Below, in pieces: positions 56,073-64,000 of a stretch of DNA of 64,000 bases. The position numbers and the translations under genes are program-made. Numbering within the stretch: the stretch's first letter is position 1; each line of letters begins with the position of its first letter. This stretch comes from a bacterium (GTDB lineage Bacteria; Krumholzibacteriota; Krumholzibacteriia; LZORAL124-64-63), in the NCBI GenBank assembly GCA_031441465.1, contig JANOEP010000010.1, positions 32,001 to 96,000 of the forward strand. The letters are read 5' to 3'. A model generated the notes under the pieces. It worked only from the letters and a program-made list of their open reading frames with translations, was not told the DNA's origin and ran no database searches.

Positions 56073-56101
56073 ATTCTAGATGACCGGGAGTTGGGTGTCA
56101 A
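56073..56101 (-). promoter_or_regulatory. Near-consensus sigma-70 promoter of the sigma factor gene
   Basis: TTGACA-17 nt-TAGAAT on the - strand. Confidence 0.7.
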
Positions 56102-56140
56102 GATTAATCTTCCCTTTTTAATCCACTTTTAACCCCGCGC

Positions 56141-56173
56141 ATGACTGGGCTGGCTAACCGCCAGCCCAGTCAT
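56141..56173 (-). terminator. Hairpin downstream of dnaK
   Basis: ATGACTGGGCTGGC / GCCAGCCCAGTCAT perfect 14-bp stem, no clear U tail. Confidence 0.6.
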
Positions 56174-56196
56174 CAGATAGCATCTGCCGGCGGGGT

Positions 56197-58116
<1,920 letters not shown>

Positions 58117-58294
58117 GATCGCCTTCCTTCCGGAGCGAGAAATGTGGGAATCCCCGGGAACCCCATCAAGGGGCGTGCCACGCGGCGCCCGGCAACCCGC
58201 TGTTTATATTATTGTCATTATTGAAGTTATGAAATCCGAGCGCAGGGCGGCCGTCGGGACCGCGCCGGACGTCTGCCATCATGACATGATTGCG

Positions 58295-59266
58295 TCAGGT
58301 GCCGTCACGGCTGGGGGAATCTGACATGGGATCTGTCAGTCCCTGGCAGTACGCTGTCAGGACCAACAAATCCATGCAACGGGCGTAGGCGCGGAAGGCC
58401 AGGGGACGGTGGCCGGCTCCGCAGGGCCAGTTCGCGGTCAGGCCTCGCAGGACGCCGGCGAGGGCCAATGCAGGCAGGCGCCCGCCACGGCAGCGCGGCC
58501 GGGGCTCCCCGCCCCCTGCGGCGAACAAGAGGTCGAGGCGCATCTCCCGCAGCCGGTGCGGGTGGCGGCGCGCCAGGTGCTGCAGGGGGCCGTGGCCGCA
58601 TTCCCGCTTCTTGGCCAGCCACTGGTCGAGCGTGTGGTGGTGGGCGTGTTCGGGCACCGGCGCGCGCAACGGCCGGAAGCGGACCCCGGCGTCCTCGAGC
58701 CGGAATCCCAGGTCCATGTCCTCGAACCCGTAGGCCCGGAACGATTCGTCGAAGCCGCCAACCTCCAGGAAAGCGGCCCGCGGCACGGAGGTGTTCTGGG
58801 TGACGAGGTAGCGTGCCGGCACCGTGTCCCCGCTCGTCTTGGCGACGCCCCGCGTGTCGAGGTAGTGGAAATGCGGCGCGTCGATCACGTCGCCGGCGGT
58901 GCGGACCAGCCCGATGACCCCGTCGCCGGGGTGGCTCTCCAACAGCGCGCGATGGGCGCTGAGCAGGTCCGGCGTCGCGACGATGTCGTCGTCCAGGAAC
59001 AGCACCGCCTCGCCGGTCGCCGCGCGCGCGCCCAGGTTGCGCGCGGCGGCCCGGCCGACGTTGCGCGCGGGAGCGACGACGGACAGCCGCCCCCCCCAGC
59101 CGTCGCGGGCGGCCTGCAGCCAGGCCCCGGTGCCGTCGTGGGAGTCGTCGTCGACCACGACGACGTCCCAGGCGTCGGCGGCCAGGTCCTGGCGCGCCAG
59201 CGCCTGCAACGTCCGTTGCAGCAGCGGGAGCTTGTCGCGACTGGGGATGACCACGGTCAGCCTCAT
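58295..59266 (-). CDS. Glycosyltransferase family 2
   Basis: VVIPS, VVVVDDDSHDGT, AAARNLG, LFLDDD, GGFDESF, YGFEDMDLG. Confidence 0.92.
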   Translation of the reverse strand: MRLTVVIPSRDKLPLLQRTLQALARQDLAADAWDVVVVDDDSHDGTGAWLQAARDGWGGRLSVVAPARNVGRAAARNLGARAATGEAVLFLDDDIVATPDLLSAHRALLESHPGDGVIGLVRTAGDVIDAPHFHYLDTRGVAKTSGDTVPARYLVTQNTSVPRAAFLEVGGFDESFRAYGFEDMDLGFRLEDAGVRFRPLRAPVPEHAHHHTLDQWLAKKRECGHGPLQHLARRHPHRLREMRLDLLFAAGGGEPRPRCRGGRLPALALAGVLRGLTANWPCGAGHRPLAFRAYARCMDLLVLTAYCQGLTDPMSDSPSRDGT

Positions 59267-60408
59267 GGCCGGCTCGCCTGTCCCTGCAGCGCCGGCAGGC
59301 CGACCTCGCGGGGCCAGGCGTCCCGCCCGTGGACCAGGGAGAGCACGATCGCCTCGGCATACGACATGTTCTGGGAGAAGCCGGCCTCGCGGTGCGCCAG
59401 CGCCAGTGCCGCGTCGCCGCACCGCCCGCGCAGCTCCGGTTCGGCGGCGAAACGCAGCAGCGCGGCGGTCAGGGCGTCGGCGCTGCGGGGCGGGACCACC
59501 AGACCGGTGACCCCGTCGCGGATCCACTCGGTGGAGGATGGCAGGCTCGAGACCACGATGGCCCGGCCGCAGCTCATGGCTTCCAGCAAGCTGACCGCCG
59601 TGGCGTCGACCGAGGGCACCGAGACGAAGGCGTCGCAGGCGTTCAACGCGGTCGCGAACTCGTCGTGCGGGATGCGCCCGAGGAACCGGGTGACGCCGCC
59701 GATGCCCGCCCGTTCGGCGAGCGCCCAGAACGGGGCCGGGTCGCCTTCGTAGCCCGAGAAGAGGAATCGGGCCCGCGGCTCGCGGCGCATCACGGCCGCC
59801 GCGGCCTCGATCACCACGTCGATGTTGTAGTAGGGCTGGGTGAACGAGCGCGGCGAGAAAACCAGGAAGTCCCCGTCGTCGAAGCCGTGCTCGCGCCGCC
59901 ACGCCGGCGCCGCCTGCGGCCGGAAGCGCGTGAAGTCCACGCCCCACAGGACCCGGAAGGAGCGGTCCGGGCGGGCGCCGAGTTGCACGGCGGCTTCCAG
60001 GATGTCCCGGGAGTCTCCGGTCAGGGCGTCGCAGGAACGCAGCGCGGCCGAGGCCAGCCAGCGTTTCAGGGGCGACTCGTGCGGCGTCACGTAGACGTCG
60101 TCGCCCCAGACTGTCAGCAGGTTCGGGTGGCAGCCGCTGAAGTGCCCCCAGTAGCCGTAGCCCGTCAGGAAGTGCGTGTTCAGCAGGTCGGGGCGCAGGT
60201 CGGCCAGCAGGCGGCGCACGAGACGCAGCGAGGCGGCGTAGCGCAGGGGCTTCGGTCCGGCGCCGGCGCGGATGTCGTGGACCGTGACGCCGGGCACCTC
60301 CCCCGGCTGGACCGTCAGCAGGTGGCAGTCGTGGCCGCGTTCGGCGAACCAGGTGATCCAGCGCTCGGTGTGGATGTGGCGGCCGATGGACAGGAAGGCC
60401 AGGCGCAC
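59263..60408 (-). CDS. Glycosyltransferase family 4
   Basis: IHTERW, TVWGDD, WGVDF, SLLEAMSCG, DGVTGLVVPP. Confidence 0.9.
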   Translation of the reverse strand: MRLAFLSIGRHIHTERWITWFAERGHDCHLLTVQPGEVPGVTVHDIRAGAGPKPLRYAASLRLVRRLLADLRPDLLNTHFLTGYGYWGHFSGCHPNLLTVWGDDVYVTPHESPLKRWLASAALRSCDALTGDSRDILEAAVQLGARPDRSFRVLWGVDFTRFRPQAAPAWRREHGFDDGDFLVFSPRSFTQPYYNIDVVIEAAAAVMRREPRARFLFSGYEGDPAPFWALAERAGIGGVTRFLGRIPHDEFATALNACDAFVSVPSVDATAVSLLEAMSCGRAIVVSSLPSSTEWIRDGVTGLVVPPRSADALTAALLRFAAEPELRGRCGDAALALAHREAGFSQNMSYAEAIVLSLVHGRDAWPREVGLPALQGQASRP

Positions 60409-60461
60409 GTCGATCCTCCCTGATCAGCCCGCTCGCGCGACAGGCTTAGTGCCGGTAATTC

Positions 60462-60549
60462 TGGTGCCGAGGGCCGGGCTCGAACCGGCACGGAGCAACG
60501 CTCCGAGGGATTTTAAGTCCCTTGCGTCTACCAATTTCGCCACCCCGGC
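60462..60549 (-). tRNA. tRNA-Leu (TAA)
   Basis: Anticodon arm AGGGA-CTTAAAA-TCCCT, long variable arm, encoded CCA. Confidence 0.96.
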
Positions 60550-60638
60550 GCCGTCGCGGATCATCGGGCAAGACGTGTCGCCTGTCAACGCGAGCCGCCC
60601 GGCGGTTGTGATCGGCGGGACGGGGGGCGACTGGACGG

Positions 60639-60670
60639 AAAAAGAACGACCGGCCCGAAGGCCGGTCGTC
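60639..60670 (-). terminator. Terminator after tRNA-Cys
   Basis: GACGACCGGCC-TTCG-GGCCGGTCGTT-CTTTTT on the - strand. Confidence 0.7.
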
Positions 60671-60675
60671 GACGC

Positions 60676-60750
60676 TGGAGGCGGCACCCGGACTTGAACC
60701 GGGGAATAACGGTTTTGCAGACCGTTGCCTTACCACTTGGCTATGCCGCC
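60676..60750 (-). tRNA. tRNA-Cys (GCA)
   Basis: GGCGGCATAGCCAAGTGGTAAGGC..., anticodon arm AACGG-TCTGCAAAA-CCGTT, U73 and CCA. Confidence 0.96.
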
Positions 60751-60833
60751 CCGCAAGGCTGCCTCACAGAATGAGCGGTGGACCGCCCCCTGTCAAGGGG
60801 GCGGCCCCTGACTCAACGGCGGCCCTGGCCCCT

Positions 60834-61931
60834 TTATCCCTGGCCGAACCCGCGGCGGCGGTCGTAGACGCGGCCGTCGTCGTGGCAGCCGGCGCAGTCG
60901 GGCTTCTGGCCCATCCCCGCCGTGTGGCAATCCTCGCAGGACAGCTCGCCGTGGGTGTCGTCCAGGGGCGCGCCCACCTTCGCGTGGTCGAAGCCGGCGC
61001 CCCAGCCCTGCGCGTGGCAGGACGAGCAGGTGCGGTCCTGGGCCACGTAGATATTGGCGTCGCCGTGGCAGGCCCGGCACTGGAGCTTGCCGTGGTACGA
61101 CTGCAGGGGCCAGCCCGTCGACGCGTGGTCGAACAGGTCCGTCGCCTTGCGGCCGTGGCATTCGGTGCAGTTCTGCTTGCCGTGGCACTGGTAGCAGGTG
61201 TCGTGGAGGTTGACCTTCTGCAGTTCGCCCATGGGGTGCGATTCGGCGCCGTGGGTGTGGCAGCGGGCGCAGCTCTGCTCCTTGTGGCAGTTGGAGCAGT
61301 TCAGCTCGTACTTCTCGGCGTGGTTGCGGTGGTGGAAGGGCACGACGTCGCCGGCGGCGTACGAGGTCGAGAAGACGATCAACTCCTTCATCTCGATGGG
61401 CTCGTAGTTGCTGTGCTCGCAGACGCCCGTCGCCTCGCCGCCCAGGCGGCCGCCCTGCTTCTTCTCGTGGCAGTTCGCGCACTTGGTCTCGCCGTCCCAG
61501 TCGTTGTGGCAGCCGAGGCACTGGCGGTGGTAGGCGCCCTTCAGCCCCGTCTGCTTCACGGATTCCGCCTGGCCCGCGGCCGCGTGGCACTCGCGGCACG
61601 ACGGGTGGTCCGAGTTGGGCGGCGTGTAGTGGTGGCAGGTCTCGCAGCCGCCGTCCATGGCCACCATCCGCGCGTGGGCGCGGTGCTGGAAGCGGACCGG
61701 GACGTAGAGATCCTCGAGGTCGTCCAGGATGACGACGTCGGGTCCCTCGTCGGCCTGCAGCTTGGTGCTCTCGACGTGCCGCGGGCACTGCGCCTGCTTC
61801 AGGCAGGGATCGGCCTTGCTCGGCTGCGCGCAGACGTGGCACTTCGAGCAGTCGAGTCCCTGGTCCTGGCGCGCCCAGGCCGGCGCCGTCAGCGCCGCCA
61901 GGGTGGCCAGCACGAGCAACGCGTTACGCAT
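60834..61931 (-). CDS. Periplasmic multiheme cytochrome c (13 CxxCH; c3/c7-like repeats)
   Basis: Signal peptide; CSKCH, CETCH, CRECH, CLGCH, CANCH, CSNCH, CARCH, CYQCH, CTECH, CRACH, CSSCH, CEDCH, CAGCH; FxH distal-His motifs. Confidence 0.92.
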   Translation of the reverse strand: MRNALLVLATLAALTAPAWARQDQGLDCSKCHVCAQPSKADPCLKQAQCPRHVESTKLQADEGPDVVILDDLEDLYVPVRFQHRAHARMVAMDGGCETCHHYTPPNSDHPSCRECHAAAGQAESVKQTGLKGAYHRQCLGCHNDWDGETKCANCHEKKQGGRLGGEATGVCEHSNYEPIEMKELIVFSTSYAAGDVVPFHHRNHAEKYELNCSNCHKEQSCARCHTHGAESHPMGELQKVNLHDTCYQCHGKQNCTECHGRKATDLFDHASTGWPLQSYHGKLQCRACHGDANIYVAQDRTCSSCHAQGWGAGFDHAKVGAPLDDTHGELSCEDCHTAGMGQKPDCAGCHDDGRVYDRRRGFGQG

Positions 61932-63162
61932 GATGAGCCTCTTTCCCCTGCCGCGACGCCGCGCCTTCGACGTGCATCACCGGGAAGTTCAGGACGACGA
62001 AGCGGTAGGCGAAGATCAGGAACGCGATCAAGCCCGTGGTGATGGCCAGCTCGCCGACGGCCGGGAAGTAGTGCTTTTCCGCGTAGACGGGCCGGAACGC
62101 GACCAGGAACACGTCGATGCGGTTCATGACCACGCCGCCGATCACCAGCGAGGCGGCGGTGAACAGCAGCCGGGGCGAGCGGCGCACGCGCGAGCTGAAG
62201 AACATCAAAAACGGCAGCACGAAGCCGACGCCCATCTCGACCAGGAACACGACCGACTGCCAGCTGCCGTCGGCGAGGCGGTACAGCTGCCCGCGCACCG
62301 CCAGGTCCATCGCCTTGGTGCTGATGAAGAAGAAGAGCAGCACCGGCAGGATCTTCGACAGCGGACCCAGGACCTCCATCTCGGGGCGGCGGCCGAAGGC
62401 GCGCGAGGCCAGGATGGACTCGAAGATCACCATGCACGGCCCCACGCAGAACGCCGACAGCAGGAACAGCAGCGGCAGCACCTGCGTCCACCACAGCGGG
62501 TGCATCTTGTAGGGGGCGATGACCATCAGGGCGCCCAGCGAGGACTGGTGCATGCAGGACAGCACCACGCCCGCGATGATGAACACGGACATGATCCGCC
62601 CCAGCGTGCGGTCGAACAGGCGCAGCAGCCCCTCGACGAACCCGTTCAGCGGGCGCAGGGCCCCGGGCAGGGCGACGCAACCGCGGAAGCGCTCGGTCAC
62701 CATCGGCAGGAACTCGATGTACAGCACCGTCAGGTAGAACATGACGCAGATGCCGACCTCGAACAGGACCGAGTGCCCCGACCACATCGACGGCATCATC
62801 GGGTGCCAGACGTTGTAGTAGCGGCCGAGGTCCGCGAGCAGCCCGATCACCACGACGGTGTAGCCCAGCATGGCCGTGATCAGGGCCGGCCTGACGATGG
62901 GCTCGAACTTCTCGCGGTGGAAGATGTGGGCGAGCGCCGCGGTGGTGAAGCCGCCGGCGGCCAGGGCCACGCCGCACGCGATGTCGATCGCGATCCAGAT
63001 GCCCCAGGGCCACTGGTCGTCGAGGTTGGTCACCGAGCCGATCCCCTTCGTGAAGCGCACCACGGCGAAGCAGAAACCCACGGCCATCAGGGCCACCAGG
63101 ACCCAGGTGCCACGGCTGAAGAACGGCACGCGGATCGGCGCCGCGTGGAGGTGGCTACTCAT
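61924..63162 (-). CDS. NrfD/PsrC-family membrane subunit (HybB/HmcC-like)
   Basis: [51 protein letters not shown]. Confidence 0.9.
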   Translation of the reverse strand: MSSHLHAAPIRVPFFSRGTWVLVALMAVGFCFAVVRFTKGIGSVTNLDDQWPWGIWIAIDIACGVALAAGGFTTAALAHIFHREKFEPIVRPALITAMLGYTVVVIGLLADLGRYYNVWHPMMPSMWSGHSVLFEVGICVMFYLTVLYIEFLPMVTERFRGCVALPGALRPLNGFVEGLLRLFDRTLGRIMSVFIIAGVVLSCMHQSSLGALMVIAPYKMHPLWWTQVLPLLFLLSAFCVGPCMVIFESILASRAFGRRPEMEVLGPLSKILPVLLFFFISTKAMDLAVRGQLYRLADGSWQSVVFLVEMGVGFVLPFLMFFSSRVRRSPRLLFTAASLVIGGVVMNRIDVFLVAFRPVYAEKHYFPAVGELAITTGLIAFLIFAYRFVVLNFPVMHVEGAASRQGKEAHHA

Positions 63163-64000
63163 GGTGGTCCTCCCGTTCCGCCGCAGCGGCGACCTCGTCC
63201 TTGCGGCTGCCGAGCCACATCACCTGGGCCAGCGTGGCGTACAGGGCGACGGGCGCGATGAAGCGGCGGAAGATGCCGTGCTGGATGTTCTCGGTGATGC
63301 GGGCGGGCGACTGCTCGCCCAGTTCGGGGAAGCCCAGCGAGGGGAACGGCTGTCCGGCGATGTAGAGCCAGGATGTGCCGCCGACCTCGTGCTCGCCGTA
63401 GACGTGGTCCACATAGCGGCCCGGGTAGGCGCCGATCCGCTCGTGGGCCAGCGTCAGCAATTCTTCCCGCTTGCCGTAGATCAGGCACTCCACCGGGCAG
63501 ATCTCGACGCAGCCCGGCCGCTCGCCGGCCGAGATGCGCTCGATGCAGAAGGTGCACTTGCGCACCTCGGGCGAGAGCGCGTCCGCGTACTGGTAGGCGG
63601 GGATCTGGAAGGGGCAGGCCACCATGCAGTAGCGGCAGCCCATGCAGCGCCAGGGGTCGTACTTCACGGCCCCGTTGGGCTGCTTCTCCAGGGCGGAAAC
63701 GAGGCAGGCCGAGGCGCAGGCGGGGTCGTTGCAGTGCAGGCACAGCACCATCGCCCAGACGTTGCCTTCGTGCTCTTGGCGTGGCCACTGGTTGACGACG
63801 GTGAAGTTGCCGGCGTCGGGGCGGCGCATCCCGGCGAAGACGGCTTTGTTCTCGAACTCCTCCAGCGGCTGCACCGGTAACTTGTTGACCTGGTTGCAAG
63901 CCCACTCGCACTTGCGGCAGCCGATGCAGGCCGTGGTGTCGACCAGGACGCCAAGGGCGTCCGGCGGGGCGTGGACGGCCGTGCTGGCCGAGGCGTCGGC
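63155..64000 (-). CDS. 4Fe-4S dicluster protein (HybA/HmcB-like); 5'-partial
   Basis: Frame open to the window end; [50 protein letters not shown]...[16 protein letters not shown]-terminal TM. Confidence 0.92.
   Translation of the reverse strand, partial: ADASASTAVHAPPDALGVLVDTTACIGCRKCEWACNQVNKLPVQPLEEFENKAVFAGMRRPDAGNFTVVNQWPRQEHEGNVWAMVLCLHCNDPACASACLVSALEKQPNGAVKYDPWRCMGCRYCMVACPFQIPAYQYADALSPEVRKCTFCIERISAGERPGCVEICPVECLIYGKREELLTLAHERIGAYPGRYVDHVYGEHEVGGTSWLYIAGQPFPSLGFPELGEQSPARITENIQHGIFRRFIAPVALYATLAQVMWLGSRKDEVAAAAEREDHHE

Overview
A 64-kb, very GC-rich bacterial chromosomal segment made mostly of housekeeping genes. It appears to span the replication terminus. A 28-bp dif-like site at 31062-31089 matches E. 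coli dif at 25/28 positions, and core genes converge on it: + strand to the left (mutS, mutL, miaA, der, plsY, gpsA, surE, pcm, apt), - strand to the right (holA, lptE, recN, nadK, dxs, ispA, folD, rny, zapAB, pheST, rplT, rpmI, infC, thrS, a sigma factor, dnaK). Eight tRNAs, a 6S RNA and an L20-type leader are visible. A region-1.1-less RpoD-family sigma factor and a secreted protein ending in WGxxKxxYR suggest an FCB-superphylum candidate lineage such as Krumholzibacteriota/Latescibacterota; this is inference only. An accessory block of about 12 kb lies between tRNA-Pro(CGG) and nlpD-apt. It holds a lower-GC Schlafen/AlbA_2-ATPase gene, an ABC exporter and the most interesting locus, a five-gene operon: DUF485 + ActP-like symporter + porin + a transmembrane sCache_2-PAS-DUF294 nucleotidyltransferase receptor + a calcineurin-like phosphoesterase. 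This looks like a carboxylate-sensing, nucleotidylation-based writer/eraser signalling system. Also present are a polysaccharide gene cluster with sigma-54 and IHF sites, and the end of an HybA/HybB(NrfD)-13-heme cytochrome c redox operon. No CRISPR array, rRNA, integrase or transposase was seen. All family assignments come from motif recognition by eye, not database searches.
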